Notes: generated by a model from the sequence alone, not told the origin. A stretch of DNA of 64,000 nt from Candidatus Latescibacterota bacterium (GCA_965242865.1 CBDETK010000013.1:4448001-4512000), one strand, 5' to 3'; counted from the first letter of the stretch, positions 9,956 through 20,555 are shown. Numbers and translations are program-made.

Positions 9956-12900
9956 CTTGGGCCTCGCGCCGCCGCAACTCGACGAGCATCTGCCGTGCCT
10001 TGCGGTGTTCAGGGTCGGCTGCAACCGCCCGGGCAAACGCGGCTATAGCGCGGTTCGGCTCGCCGGCCAACAGGTGCGCGTTGCCCAAATTGTAGTGAGC
10101 GCGGGCGTAGTCGGGATCGCGTCGCAAGACCTCTTGGTACGCGGCCATGGCCTGCCCTACGGCTCGCTGGCGAAGGTAGATGTTGCCCAAGTTGTTGCGG
10201 GCGTCGAGATGCCCCGGCGCCACGGTCAAGGCCGCTTGGTACGCTTGGCGGGCGGCCTCGTAGCGGCCCAGGCGCGCATAGACCACCCCCAATTTGTAGT
10301 ACGCGTCCGCGTCGTTGGGGTTGAGCACCGCGGCCGTTTTGTGGGCCAGCAACGGTTGGTGCTCCTGCTGCAAGGCGTGGAAATAGTCGAGGAGTTTGCG
10401 GCCGCGCACCGGCTCGCCGCGCCGCAACAGGGCTTGGCCCAAGTGGTAGTACACTTCCGAGCGGTCCGGGTCGGCCGCCAAGGCCCGCTGCAACAGGGGG
10501 ATGGCCTCGGCGTCTAGGTTCTCCTGCAAGAGCAGGATGCCCAGCCGCCCCAAGAGCGCGGCGCTGTTCGGGGCGTGCTCCAGCCCCTGTTGCAATGCGG
10601 CGCGGGCCGCGGCCGCGTCGGAGCGCGCCATCCAGATCTGGGCCGTCAGCTCGTGCGCTTCCGCACGCGCCGGCTGCGCTTGCACCACGCTGGCGAGCTG
10701 GGCGAGGGCGTCTTCGTATTGCGCTTGGGCAAAGTAAATCCGCGCCAGTTGCAGCATGAGCTCTACTTCTCCGGGCCGCGCCGCCAAGCCCCGGCGCAAA
10801 ACCGCAATGGCCGGGCCGTAATCGGTCTGCCGCGCATGCAGGCCAGCCAAGTTGAAATAGGCTTGGAGGTAGCCCGGCGCCAGCGCGATGGCGCGCTCGT
10901 AGAGCGGCACGGCCGCGGCCAACCGCTGTTGGCGCAGGTGGATGTTGCCCAGCAGGTAATGCGGCTCGGCCAAGGTGCTATCGAGCGCAATGGCCTGCCT
11001 GAGCGCGGCAACCGCCTGCTCGAGCGCACCGCGGTCCGCGTAGAGCCGGCCCAAGCCCACGTACGCTGGGGCCGCGCCCGCGTCGAGCTGTACGGCGCGG
11101 CGATACTGGGCTTCGGCTTCGTCGTACGCACGCTCGCGCCCGAGCGCGGTCGCCAGCTCGATGTGGACCGCGGCGACCTCCGGCTGAGCGCGGGCGGCCG
11201 CGCGCAACTCGGATAAGGGGGCCAGCGGTGGCAGGGGTGCCCGCGTCTTCTCCGGCAAAACCAAGGGGGCTTGCCGCCAGAACTGCTCCAGTTCCTCGGC
11301 ATCGCGCCCTTGGGGGCCAGCCGGCGCGAGGGGGGCGTCCGCCACCGCTGGCGGTGCGCCTGCATCCGGCTCGACGACCCGCAGCACCTGCCCGGCGCGC
11401 ACATCCGTCAAAACTTGACGCCGCCCCGAAGGCCACGCGATTGCCACTTGATCGGCCTTGGTCTTCGTCCCCAGCCCAAAGAACAACCGCGCATCGTTTT
11501 GCGACAAATAGCTCGCCGCGCTGCGCTTTTCCGCCACCAGCGTCCGGCCGCCCACGCGCACCGCCACGCGCGCTCCGTAGCCATCGCGGTTACTCGCCCG
11601 CCCCTCTAGGGCCAGTGCCAAGTAGCGGCCGGCTGGGGTGTCGTTGCGCCACAGCAGGGCGCGTTGCCCGGTGTTGATCAAGAAAATGTCCAAGTCGCCG
11701 TCGTTGTCGTAATCGGCCACGGCCGAGCCGCGCCCGACCAAATCCCGCGTGGGCGCGGCCACGCCGGCCGCTGCACTCGCATCGACAAAGCGGCCTTGGC
11801 CATCGTTGAGGTACAACTGATCGCTCTGGCCGTAGGTGGCCTGTGGATCAAATCGGTTGATGTCTTCGTCGATGTGGCCATTGGCCACGTATAGATCGGG
11901 GTCGCCGTCGTTGTCCGCGTCGAGGAAATTGATGCCAAAGGCCAGCTTGTCCAAGCTGGTGGCCGCTAGGCCCGCGGCCAGCGATTCGTCGGCAAACATG
12001 CCGTCGCCGGCATTGTGGTACAAGGTGTTGCTCTCCCACTGGAAATTGGTCATCGCCAAGTCGAGGAGCCCATCGCCATCGCGGTCGGCCACATCCACGC
12101 CCATCGTCCCTTCGGGCTTGCCGCCGGCATTGTACGCCACGCCCGCCACCAGCCCCACTTCGGCAAAGCGACCTCCGTCGTTGCGCCAGAGAAAATTCGG
12201 GGTGGCGTCGTTGCCTTGAAACAAATCGGGATCGCCGTCGAGATCGTAATCGACAAACACCGCGCCCAACTCGCGGCCTTGGTGCGTGAGCAGCCCGGCC
12301 GCGGCCGTCACATCCACAAAGCGACCGCCATCGTTGCGCCAGAGCGCGTTTTGCTCGCCCGGGTATTCGGTGGGGGCCAAGTGCCGCCGCGGCCAGCGCA
12401 GGGTTCCGCCCGCGCCCAGCTCGCCGCGCTCAAATTCGTAGCGCAGGTAGTTGGCCACGTACAGGTCTAAATCGCCGTCGAGGTCGTAATCGACAAACGA
12501 CGATCCGGTCGACCACCGCTCGTCTGCCCCGATCCCCACGGCGACCGTCACGTCCGCAAAGGCCCAACCCCGCGCCGGTCCTTCGTTGCGATAGAGCCGG
12601 TTGCGGCCAAAGTTGGCCGCGAAGAGGTCTGCGTCGCCGTCGTTGTCGTAGTCCCCGGCCGACGCGCCCATGCCGTAGCTGGTGTCCGCCACCCCGAGGC
12701 TTGCGCCGACCTCGGCAAAGCGGCCCCCGTCGTTGCGGTACAGCGCGTTTTGCGGCAGCACGGCCGAGACGTACCCGGGCAAATCCGCCCCATTGACCGC
12801 GTACAAATCCATCCACCCGTCGCGGTTGTAATCGAAAAACGCCGCGCCCGACCCAATCGTCTCCACCCCGTATTTGCGCCCGGACCGACCGCTGGTATGC

Positions 12901-13031
12901 ACAAAGTCGATCCCGGCAGCCGCGGTCGCATCGACAAAGCGCACACTCGGCTCAGGCGGCGGCTCGCTCGCCGCGCAGCCGCAGAATAAGACGACGAGGC
13001 ACCTTGAGAGTTTATTTGGAATCATCACCAC
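9945..13031 (-). CDS. CRTAC1/ASPIC-UnbV domain fused to a C-terminal TPR array (lipoprotein)
   Basis: FG-GAP repeats, then SYLSQNDARLFFGLG, then about 10 TPRs. Confidence 0.9.
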   Translation of the reverse strand: MVMIPNKLSRCLVVLFCGCAASEPPPEPSVRFVDATAAAGIDFVHTSGRSGRKYGVETIGSGAAFFDYNRDGWMDLYAVNGADLPGYVSAVLPQNALYRNDGGRFAEVGASLGVADTSYGMGASAGDYDNDGDADLFAANFGRNRLYRNEGPARGWAFADVTVAVGIGADERWSTGSSFVDYDLDGDLDLYVANYLRYEFERGELGAGGTLRWPRRHLAPTEYPGEQNALWRNDGGRFVDVTAAAGLLTHQGRELGAVFVDYDLDGDPDLFQGNDATPNFLWRNDGGRFAEVGLVAGVAYNAGGKPEGTMGVDVADRDGDGLLDLAMTNFQWESNTLYHNAGDGMFADESLAAGLAATSLDKLAFGINFLDADNDGDPDLYVANGHIDEDINRFDPQATYGQSDQLYLNDGQGRFVDASAAAGVAAPTRDLVGRGSAVADYDNDGDLDIFLINTGQRALLWRNDTPAGRYLALALEGRASNRDGYGARVAVRVGGRTLVAEKRSAASYLSQNDARLFFGLGTKTKADQVAIAWPSGRRQVLTDVRAGQVLRVVEPDAGAPPAVADAPLAPAGPQGRDAEELEQFWRQAPLVLPEKTRAPLPPLAPLSELRAAARAQPEVAAVHIELATALGRERAYDEAEAQYRRAVQLDAGAAPAYVGLGRLYADRGALEQAVAALRQAIALDSTLAEPHYLLGNIHLRQQRLAAAVPLYERAIALAPGYLQAYFNLAGLHARQTDYGPAIAVLRRGLAARPGEVELMLQLARIYFAQAQYEDALAQLASVVQAQPARAEAHELTAQIWMARSDAAAARAALQQGLEHAPNSAALLGRLGILLLQENLDAEAIPLLQRALAADPDRSEVYYHLGQALLRRGEPVRGRKLLDYFHALQQEHQPLLAHKTAAVLNPNDADAYYKLGVVYARLGRYEAARQAYQAALTVAPGHLDARNNLGNIYLRQRAVGQAMAAYQEVLRRDPDYARAHYNLGNAHLLAGEPNRAIAAFARAVAADPEHRKARQMLVELRRREAQGDH

Positions 13032-13205
13032 TTTGATACGGAATGATCACAGTTCTAAAGGATCGAGGGCGGGACGCCCTCCGGACGCAGCGGGAACCGC
13101 AGAGAAGGCGGACGCAAAGTAAGGATCGCGTATAGTTAGCACTTAGCAAATTTACATGGCCCTAATATATTTATTGAATAGCTAAAATTTCTCTAGGAGG
13201 CCTTC

Positions 13206-14840
13206 TTGCCGCGTCTTTTTCTCTTATCGCCCACTGCTTTACTCCTCGCCTGCACCGCCCCCGAACCCCCGTCCAACCCAGCCGCACTCGCCCGCGTCGG
13301 CGACGTCGTCATCACCCGCGACCGCGTCGAGCGCGCAGCCGTGCGGCTCTTTCCCAAGAACGCCCCGGGCGACCTCCAGCGCCAAGCACTTGAGCAGCTC
13401 ATCAACGTCGAAGTCTTGCTGTTGGCGGCCCGTCAAGACGGCCTAGACAACGACTTCCAAGTCAGGAGCAAGGTCGCGCAACGGGAACAAGAACTCATCC
13501 TTGACGAAATGTATCGGCGCGGCGTGGTCGCGGCCGCCGAGGACATCAGCCGGAACGAGGCCCGCCAGTACTTTGAGCAGCACCGCATCGGCCAGCAACG
13601 CCGCATAAGTCGCATTCTCGCCAGCGGGCCAGCCGCCATCGACCGCGTCCTCGCTCGCCTGCGGACGGCCGACAGCTTTGCCGCCGTAGCGGGCGAACTC
13701 TCGGACGACGGCAACACCGCCCAGCAGGGCGGCGACCTCGGCTGGAAGAGCCGCCTCGACTTCAAAAACTACATTCTGCGTCGCCAGATATTTGGCGCCC
13801 AATTAGGCGAGATCATCGGGCCCGTGCAGGAGCCCGATGGCTTCTCGGTCTTCGTGGTCACCGACGAGCGCGAAAGGCCCTTTGCGGACATGGCCCCGGC
13901 CGTCATCAAGACCATGCAGGAGCAAAAACACGCCATCGCCACGTTTGAGTTCCTTGAAGGGCTGGCCAACCGCGCCGACTTGGTGGAACGGCGCGAGACC
14001 TTTGAGCTGCTCTTGGCCCGGCTCAGCCAAGCCGGCCAAGCCATGCCCACGTTCAAAAAGGAAGAGACCGAATTAGTGCTGCTCGAACTCGACGGGGCAC
14101 CGTGGACGCTGGAGAACTTCATGGCGGCCATGACCAGCGAGCGCAACCCAGCCGAGATCCGCGAATTGGACGACTTGCGGCGCTTTGCCCGGCGCCTGTA
14201 TGCCCTCAAAGTTCTGTTGCCGCGCTACGCCCGCGAAATAGGCATTCGCGAAGCCGAGCGCGTCGCCAAGGGGATTGAAACCACGCGCCGCCAAGCCCTC
14301 GTCGAGCGCATCCGCCAAGTCCGCGTGCTCGAAACGCTCAACCCGTCCAAGGAGGACATTCGCGCGTATTACGAGGCGAATCGGGAGCTCTACGTGCGCG
14401 AGGAGCGCATCTCGATCCTCGAAATCCTCGTCGATACCCGCACGCAGGCCGACTCGCTGCTGGCCGCCATTGAACGCGGCGGCGAGCTCGGGGAACTGGC
14501 CCGCCGCTACTCGCGGCGCAGCACCCGCATCCGCCGGGCCGAAGGACGCATCCAGCTTTTGCGCCCGGACAAGTACGGCAATATAGGGTGGGAAGCCAAA
14601 GACGCCGCGGTCGGCCAGATCGTCGGCCCGGTCAAGACCGCGCAGGGCTTTGCGGTCTTCAAGGTGCTCAAGAAAGTGCCCCGTCGCCAGCAGAGCTTGG
14701 ACGAGGTGTGGGGCCGGGTGCGCTCCCACCTGCTTCAAGATCAGGCCCGGGAACGCTTCGATGCGTTGCTAGTCAAACTCAACGCTCAGTACGCCGACCA
14801 GATTCACATCTACGAGGACCGCCTGTACAAAGGGGCTTGA
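13206..14840 (+). CDS. Peptidyl-prolyl isomerase lipoprotein with two parvulin domains (PrsA/SurA-like)
   Basis: LLLAC lipobox; FAAVAGELSDDGNTAQQGGDLGW; GQIVGPVKTAQGFAVFKV. Confidence 0.87.
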   Translation: MPRLFLLSPTALLLACTAPEPPSNPAALARVGDVVITRDRVERAAVRLFPKNAPGDLQRQALEQLINVEVLLLAARQDGLDNDFQVRSKVAQREQELILDEMYRRGVVAAAEDISRNEARQYFEQHRIGQQRRISRILASGPAAIDRVLARLRTADSFAAVAGELSDDGNTAQQGGDLGWKSRLDFKNYILRRQIFGAQLGEIIGPVQEPDGFSVFVVTDERERPFADMAPAVIKTMQEQKHAIATFEFLEGLANRADLVERRETFELLLARLSQAGQAMPTFKKEETELVLLELDGAPWTLENFMAAMTSERNPAEIRELDDLRRFARRLYALKVLLPRYAREIGIREAERVAKGIETTRRQALVERIRQVRVLETLNPSKEDIRAYYEANRELYVREERISILEILVDTRTQADSLLAAIERGGELGELARRYSRRSTRIRRAEGRIQLLRPDKYGNIGWEAKDAAVGQIVGPVKTAQGFAVFKVLKKVPRRQQSLDEVWGRVRSHLLQDQARERFDALLVKLNAQYADQIHIYEDRLYKGA

Positions 14841-14861
14841 GCAAACGCGGCGAGGCCGCTT

Positions 14862-15341
14862 TTACTGATAAAGATCGTCCCCGTCAAACCGCATCTTTCC
14901 CTTGGATGCCTCTCCGAAGTACCGTTCGACCTTCTCTCGCGAGCGCGGAAAATACCGACTCAACTCTTCCACTACCGCTTGCACCTTCTCCATGTCTTCG
15001 CCCATATCGAGCAAGAGCCGGGCGTACAAAAAGAGCAACTGGGCGTTGCGGCGATCTACGGCCATGGCCTGCTCTAAGTGCGCCCGCGCCTCCTCCAACA
15101 GCCCCTCCTCGGCTAGGGCTGTCCCCATCAGCAGATTGGCTTCGGCCCCCTCTGGATACAGCGCGAGCAACACCTGCGCCAACTCCCGCAGGGATGTGCC
15201 TTTGAGCTGGGGCTGCCCCCGGGCGTGCATGCGCGGCAAAAGGTGCCCGTACTCGGCCGTGCGCTGCCGTTCAAAAAAGGCGAGCCCCGCGCCGACCACC
15301 ACCACGACCAAGAGCAATTTGAGCGAGCGCACGTATCGCAT
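14862..15341 (-). CDS. Small TPR protein with N-terminal membrane anchor
   Basis: MRYVRSLKLLLVVVVV, then TPR-like AEANLLMGTALAEEG. Confidence 0.75.
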   Translation of the reverse strand: MRYVRSLKLLLVVVVVGAGLAFFERQRTAEYGHLLPRMHARGQPQLKGTSLRELAQVLLALYPEGAEANLLMGTALAEEGLLEEARAHLEQAMAVDRRNAQLLFLYARLLLDMGEDMEKVQAVVEELSRYFPRSREKVERYFGEASKGKMRFDGDDLYQ

Positions 15342-15343
15342 TT

Positions 15344-16951
15344 TTAGCGCAAGAGCGTCATCCGCGCCACGTGCCGCACCCCACCGAGCTGCGCCGAGAC
15401 GAGATAGACTCCGCTGGCGACCGCTCGCCCGCGATCGTCGCGCCCATCCCACGCGAGCCGATGGACGCCAGCCGGCCGGTAGCCCCTAAAGAGCCGCCGC
15501 ACCGCCTGACCGAGGATGTTGTACACCTCGACCTCGACCTCGCCGGCCGCCGGCACTGCCACGGAGATCGCGGTTGAGGCATTGAAGGGGTTGGGAAAAT
15601 TGGACAGCCGCTCGACCACGGGGCGGGCGGCGAGCGCGGGCACCGGGAGCACGAGGCCGGCCTCGGCCGCTAATTCGAGCCCGGCTGGCGGCAATCCACT
15701 GGGCACGCGCGCCGGCACGTGAACCGCTATCGTCGAATCGGTCAGGGCATGCATGAAGGCCAACAGGTCTTGCTTTTCGGCCGCAGTCAGGCCCAGCGGC
15801 ACCAGCTCGGGGTCGATGTTCTCGCGGTCAATCGTCGGTTCGTCGCCGCCGCCGCGATCGTAGAACTCGATGACCTCCTCGAGCGTGGCAATCGCTCCGT
15901 CGTGCATGTAAGGCGCGGTCTGCGCGATCTGGCGCAAGCCCACCACGCGAAAAGCACCGATGTCGCTGAGGTTGCCGGTATTGAGGAACCGGCCTTCGTC
16001 TCTTCCGGTGGGACGCGGCGTGCCGGTATTGGTCGTGGCGGACGCCCGCCCCGGGCCGATTTGCTCGACCCCTTGGACGCGGAAGCTCGAATCCGTAAAC
16101 AGCGGCCCGCTGTGGCAGTTGACGCAGCGCGCCTTGTCGTGGAAGAGTGCCAACCCGCGCTTTTGCGCGGGCGTCAGGGCCTCGTCGTCGCCCGCCACGT
16201 AGTGATCGTAGGGGGTGTTGACCGTGATTTGCTCGCGCTCAAACGCGGCGATGGCCCGGCCAAAGGTCGAGCGCGTGATGACCGACTGCAAGGGCGTTGG
16301 GTCGTGGGTGCAACCGAGGCGCGGCACCTGCCGGGCCACAGAATCGGCTTCGGCCGGAAAGGCTTGCTCAAAGCGGGCCACGTATTCGGGGATCGACCGC
16401 AGCCGCGCCAACACGCTATCTACAGCCATCTCGCGCTCGTAGGCGTCGCCGCGCAGCTCGACGCGCACGATGATCGGCCGCAGCGCTTGGGCCTCCAACC
16501 CGCGATCTTTGCCGTCCCACAGCATGAAGCCCTTGGGCGAGGGCTGCCCGGACTCGTCGCCATTGTACCCGACGTTGAAGATGGTCATGGTGTGCCGCGC
16601 TTCCGAAATCACGGTGTCGCCGGTGACCGCCGAATACCCCAGCACCCGATCCGGCCCCAAGCCCTGCCCCGAAGGACCGGCCCCGAGCGGCCGCCCGTCG
16701 GCCATGCCAAAGGTCGGCAGGTGACACGTGCCACAGGCCGTGTCCTTCTCGCCGCTGAGGATGGGGTCGAAGAACAGGAGGCGACCCAACTCGACGCGGT
16801 CGGGATTGTACGGGTTGTTGGCGGGATAGGGCAGCGGCGGCACCGGCTGGAGGCCCAAGCGCGACCGCAGGTCGTCTTCCTGCCCCGGTGTGCTCACAGC
16901 ACTGGCGAGTACGGCCAGCGCGGCCGCTAGATACTTCTTATTCCTCTTCAT
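15344..16951 (-). CDS. Di-heme cytochrome c peroxidase (bCcP/MauG superfamily) with C-terminal FlgD-Ig/T9SS-CTD-like domain
   Basis: LGRLLFFDPILSG, CGTCH, CVNCH and APYMHDG motifs; tail NFPNPFNASTAI...YNILGQAVRRL...WDGRDDRG..VASGVY. Confidence 0.9.
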   Translation of the reverse strand: MKRNKKYLAAALAVLASAVSTPGQEDDLRSRLGLQPVPPLPYPANNPYNPDRVELGRLLFFDPILSGEKDTACGTCHLPTFGMADGRPLGAGPSGQGLGPDRVLGYSAVTGDTVISEARHTMTIFNVGYNGDESGQPSPKGFMLWDGKDRGLEAQALRPIIVRVELRGDAYEREMAVDSVLARLRSIPEYVARFEQAFPAEADSVARQVPRLGCTHDPTPLQSVITRSTFGRAIAAFEREQITVNTPYDHYVAGDDEALTPAQKRGLALFHDKARCVNCHSGPLFTDSSFRVQGVEQIGPGRASATTNTGTPRPTGRDEGRFLNTGNLSDIGAFRVVGLRQIAQTAPYMHDGAIATLEEVIEFYDRGGGDEPTIDRENIDPELVPLGLTAAEKQDLLAFMHALTDSTIAVHVPARVPSGLPPAGLELAAEAGLVLPVPALAARPVVERLSNFPNPFNASTAISVAVPAAGEVEVEVYNILGQAVRRLFRGYRPAGVHRLAWDGRDDRGRAVASGVYLVSAQLGGVRHVARMTLLR

Positions 16952-17855
16952 GGTTCCCCCTTCTGGGCCAGACCAGCGGGGTGCTCTTTATCGCGCCCCA
17001 CGTCTCGCGGCGTTGCCCCGTGCCTGCGCCTAGGTCGGCCCGGGCGGCGCAGCGAAACCCCACATCCGGGCCTTTGAAGTCCGGGGCGTCGCGTGCTCGG
17101 TACGTGGGCCGCACGTGGCTGGCGTCCACCGCGTACGAGCCGCCGCGCACGGCCTTGACGACGCCGTTGTCCGGCCCTTGGGGATTGGTGTCCGGGCCAA
17201 CGGTGTAGTAGCTCGGGTGATACCAGTCGTTGGTCCATTCAAAGACATTGCCCACCATGTCGTAGGCTCCAAAGGGGCTGCCGCCGTCGCGGGTTTGGTA
17301 GCCGTCGCGGTTGGAACCGTCGAAAAAGCCGACCGGGTTGGTGCTGAGGATGGTTCCGAAGCCGCGCTCAAACGGGTCGTCGCTTTGGAAGTAATTGGCG
17401 CGAAAGGCGTCGAGCCCGTCGCCCCAAGGATACTTGCGGCCGTCGTCGCAGCGGGCGGCGCGCTCCCACTCGGCTTCGGTGGGCAACCGCTTGCCAGCCC
17501 ACTCGCAGAAGGCCGCGGCGTCGTACCACGTCACCAACGTAATGGGGTGGTTTTGCCGTGCGGTCGTATTCTGCAAGGTCCACTCCGGCAGCAGCGCACC
17601 GGTGTCGCGCTGGTACTCCCCCCATTGCGCCACCGTGACCTCGTATTTGTCGATTAGGTACGCGTCGAGGTAAATCTCGCGCACGGGCTTCTCGTCAAAG
17701 GCTTCGCCTTCCATGCCCCGGGGGAAAGACCCGGCCGGCACTAAGACCATGGTGGTGGCCCAACCCGTGGGCAGGTGGACGATCCGCTCGACTTTTTCGT
17801 GCTGGGCGCCAACCGGCAGGGCGATCAGCACCCAGAGGGCAATTCGACCAATCAT
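16938..17855 (-). CDS. FGE-sulfatase (SUMF1) domain protein with C-terminal TWGAIK motif
   Basis: KRLPTEAEWERAAR, YDMVGNVFEW, RGGS and VGFRCA. Confidence 0.9.
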   Translation of the reverse strand: MIGRIALWVLIALPVGAQHEKVERIVHLPTGWATTMVLVPAGSFPRGMEGEAFDEKPVREIYLDAYLIDKYEVTVAQWGEYQRDTGALLPEWTLQNTTARQNHPITLVTWYDAAAFCEWAGKRLPTEAEWERAARCDDGRKYPWGDGLDAFRANYFQSDDPFERGFGTILSTNPVGFFDGSNRDGYQTRDGGSPFGAYDMVGNVFEWTNDWYHPSYYTVGPDTNPQGPDNGVVKAVRGGSYAVDASHVRPTYRARDAPDFKGPDVGFRCAARADLGAGTGQRRETWGAIKSTPLVWPRRGNHEEE

Positions 17856-18030
17856 AAGGTATATCCTTCAAAAAGGGCTTGGTTCGGGCTAAAAGTAACC
17901 AGAGAAGAAGTTCCGCTCCAGCCTGCGGGCCGCTCATTTGCCTTGTTCTGCGTCTTGGGTATTTTTAGCCTTTATAAGATAGGTATTAGGACGGTTCCCT
18001 TCTGCGATACGTGCGCGAAAGCAGGCTCCT

Positions 18031-20379
18031 ATGAATTTTCGCATGGCCCTCGTCGCCCTCTTGATCTTGGGCGGCAGCCATCGGCTACCGCTCGCGGCCG
18101 ATGAACTGCGCTACGACTCGGTGCGCGACTGGCGTCCGTGGAATCTGCCCTTGGGCGCGGTGGAATTGACGGCCCAAGGCGTGATCCAGCCCACCCGAAT
18201 TGAGAAGCGGACCGACGCCGTGCGCGACCTTGGGGCCTTTGAGGGGGGCATCCGCGCCGCCGGGTCCAATCGCGCCGCGGCCCGCTTCGCCATCGACGGC
18301 AACCCGGCGACCGGCTGGGCTCCCGACCCAGCGGCCTCCCCTGAAAACTGGTTTATCGAGATCGACTTGGGCCGCGCGGTCTCGGCGCACAGCGTTACCT
18401 TGGTCTTTGACGCAGAAGCACCGCCCTTCGCGCTGTTCGACCTCTTGCTTTCGACCGGCGAGCCAGAAACCGACTTTATCGCCGCGCCCATCGAAGGCTC
18501 CCTCGTCTATCGAGTCAAAGAGCGGGTCAAGGAAAACGACCTCCACCGCTTGACGTACCCAATCGCGCACATCGACCAAGAACCCATCCAGTTCATCCGC
18601 TTTGAGCCGCTGCTTTTCGTGCCCGGTGCCCGCCTCGTCGAGGTCGAGGTCGAGACCATCGGCGACAACATCGCCCTCGGCCTCCTAGAGCGCGGCGGCG
18701 GCGTTGACATCAACATCAATCTCGCCAGCAACGATTCCCAGCCCCTCGGCAAGGCAAGAGCGCTCTTTGACGGCGACCTGTACGAGCGCTGGCGTGCGGG
18801 CACGGCGTCTAGGGGCCTAGTTGACATCCTCGCCCACATGGTTCTCGACTTAGGCGCGGTTTACTGGGTCGATCAAACGCGCATTATCGGCGGGGTGGTG
18901 GTGCGCTCCGGCTTTGGCGGCGGCATTACCACTCGCCACTACGTCTCGCGCCGACGCTGGGGCTTCCGCTTCTACGAGCTGATGACCTCGGATGGCTCGC
19001 TGTCGCCCGATGGGACCCGCCTGTGGACCAAGCACTTTTCCGGGGCCTCCCCGGGGGAGCAGACCTCCAAGGGCCTAGTGGATCACCACTTCGACCTGTT
19101 GCCGACGCGCTTCGTGCGCATCTTCTGGAAGTACTGGGATACCAGTTGCTATTCCTTCCAGCGGCTCGGAGAGGAGGGCGGCATCAACCGAGTTCCCGGC
19201 TGTGGCGCGGGTGGAGAAACCGACGAGATTCAGATTTTCGGCGAAGGCTTTCCAGCCGAAGTCGGCTTCCGCTCGCCCCTGCTCGACTTGGGCGAGGACA
19301 AGAACTTCAACTCGATAGAATGGGGCGGCGACCAGCCGCCGGGCACCCTGATCGAAGTCCGCACCCGCACGGGCAACGAAATTTTGGAGACCTATACCTA
19401 CCACGACAAAAACGGCAAGGAAGTCTCCGAGCGGCGGTACCACAAGCTCATCCCCAGTTTCAAGGGCCAGATCGACACCTCGTTTGTGGCCGGCGGCGAT
19501 TGGAGTGCTTGGAGCCGGCTTTACAGCTTCTCCGGCGATGCCTTTCTCTCGCCTTCGCCGCGACGCTACATGGAGATCGACGTCAAGCTGGTCTCCAGCG
19601 AGCCCGACCGGGCCGCGACGCTCGACTTCCTCGCCATCCATTCCACCCCGCCGCTGGCCAGCCGGGTACTGGGCGAAATTTTCCCCCAGCAGGCCCAGCC
19701 GGGGGTGCCGACCGAGTTCACCTATTACTTGCAGCCCGAAAACGCCCGTGGCTTTGACCGTCTCTCGGTCGAGTCGGACACCCCGGTGCAATTTACGAGT
19801 GTCGCGCACAATGGCGCCGCGCTGGCCGTGCAGATAGACACCACGGCCAGCGGTTTCCTCGTCCAGCTACCCAGCCGCATCCGCACTGATTCGCTCATCA
19901 AGCTGAAGTTTGAATCCTCGGTGTTCCGGCAATCGACGCGCTTTGACGTCTTTTTGCAGGACAGCCGACAAGACGCGAGCGTGCGCCAGCGCGTCGATCC
20001 GGGCGATGCCACCGACTTGGTCGCGAGCAACACCAACATCGTCAGCTTGCCGGTCTCGCGGGAGCTACTCGCCAATATATCCCTCTCGGCCAAGGCGATT
20101 ACCCCCAACGGCGATGGGATCAACGACGAACTGACGCTGGCGATCTCCTTAGTCAATGTGCTCGCGCCGCGCCCCCTGCGGCTCCGCCTGTACGACCTCG
20201 CCGGCCGCCTCGTGTGCGACCGCAGCCAAGACACCGCGGCTGGCCCGCAAGAAATCGTCTGGGATGGCCGCGACCGCCACGGCGAGCGCGTGGCCCCGGG
20301 CCTGTACCTGCTCGAAGTCCTCGTTGAGGGCGACGCGGGCGACGCAAAAACGCAAGCACTCGTCGCCGTAGCGTACTAG
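18031..20379 (+). CDS. Secreted discoidin-like/FlgD-Ig CTD protein, type A paralog 1
   Basis: Signal peptide; AIDGNPATGW...IDLG; GDNIALGLLERGG; WSAWS...SPSPRRY; ITPNGDGINDE; WDGRD..G..VAPGLY; ends VAVAY. Confidence 0.8.
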   Translation: MNFRMALVALLILGGSHRLPLAADELRYDSVRDWRPWNLPLGAVELTAQGVIQPTRIEKRTDAVRDLGAFEGGIRAAGSNRAAARFAIDGNPATGWAPDPAASPENWFIEIDLGRAVSAHSVTLVFDAEAPPFALFDLLLSTGEPETDFIAAPIEGSLVYRVKERVKENDLHRLTYPIAHIDQEPIQFIRFEPLLFVPGARLVEVEVETIGDNIALGLLERGGGVDININLASNDSQPLGKARALFDGDLYERWRAGTASRGLVDILAHMVLDLGAVYWVDQTRIIGGVVVRSGFGGGITTRHYVSRRRWGFRFYELMTSDGSLSPDGTRLWTKHFSGASPGEQTSKGLVDHHFDLLPTRFVRIFWKYWDTSCYSFQRLGEEGGINRVPGCGAGGETDEIQIFGEGFPAEVGFRSPLLDLGEDKNFNSIEWGGDQPPGTLIEVRTRTGNEILETYTYHDKNGKEVSERRYHKLIPSFKGQIDTSFVAGGDWSAWSRLYSFSGDAFLSPSPRRYMEIDVKLVSSEPDRAATLDFLAIHSTPPLASRVLGEIFPQQAQPGVPTEFTYYLQPENARGFDRLSVESDTPVQFTSVAHNGAALAVQIDTTASGFLVQLPSRIRTDSLIKLKFESSVFRQSTRFDVFLQDSRQDASVRQRVDPGDATDLVASNTNIVSLPVSRELLANISLSAKAITPNGDGINDELTLAISLVNVLAPRPLRLRLYDLAGRLVCDRSQDTAAGPQEIVWDGRDRHGERVAPGLYLLEVLVEGDAGDAKTQALVAVAY

Positions 20380-20401
20380 CGGGTCCGCAGGCAAAAAATT
20401 C

Positions 20402-20430
20402 TTGACAGACAAGCGCATATTTATTTGTTT
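20402..20430 (+). promoter_or_regulatory. Probable sigma70 promoter upstream of the 20600 gene
   Basis: Perfect TTGACA at 20402-20407 followed by an AT-rich -10 zone. Confidence 0.5.
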
Positions 20431-20525
20431 ACCCAACTATTATGAAAAAAATGTTCCCCCAAATCGCCGAGGAAAGGAGGTTTGAAGTATCCGCTGCTAC
20501 ACCGTTGAAAAACCTCGTAATTCCA

Positions 20526-20555
20526 CCCGCTGAAGCCCTAGCGGGCCTTTTTTTT
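20526..20555 (+). terminator. Hairpin plus U-tract in the leader of the 20600 gene
   Basis: CCCGCT-N8-AGCGGG followed by CC and T8. Confidence 0.45.

Noticed and set aside
13135-13165. CIRCE element (TTAGCACT...)
   Set aside because: Only the left half matches; there is no GAGTGCTAA at 9-bp spacing.
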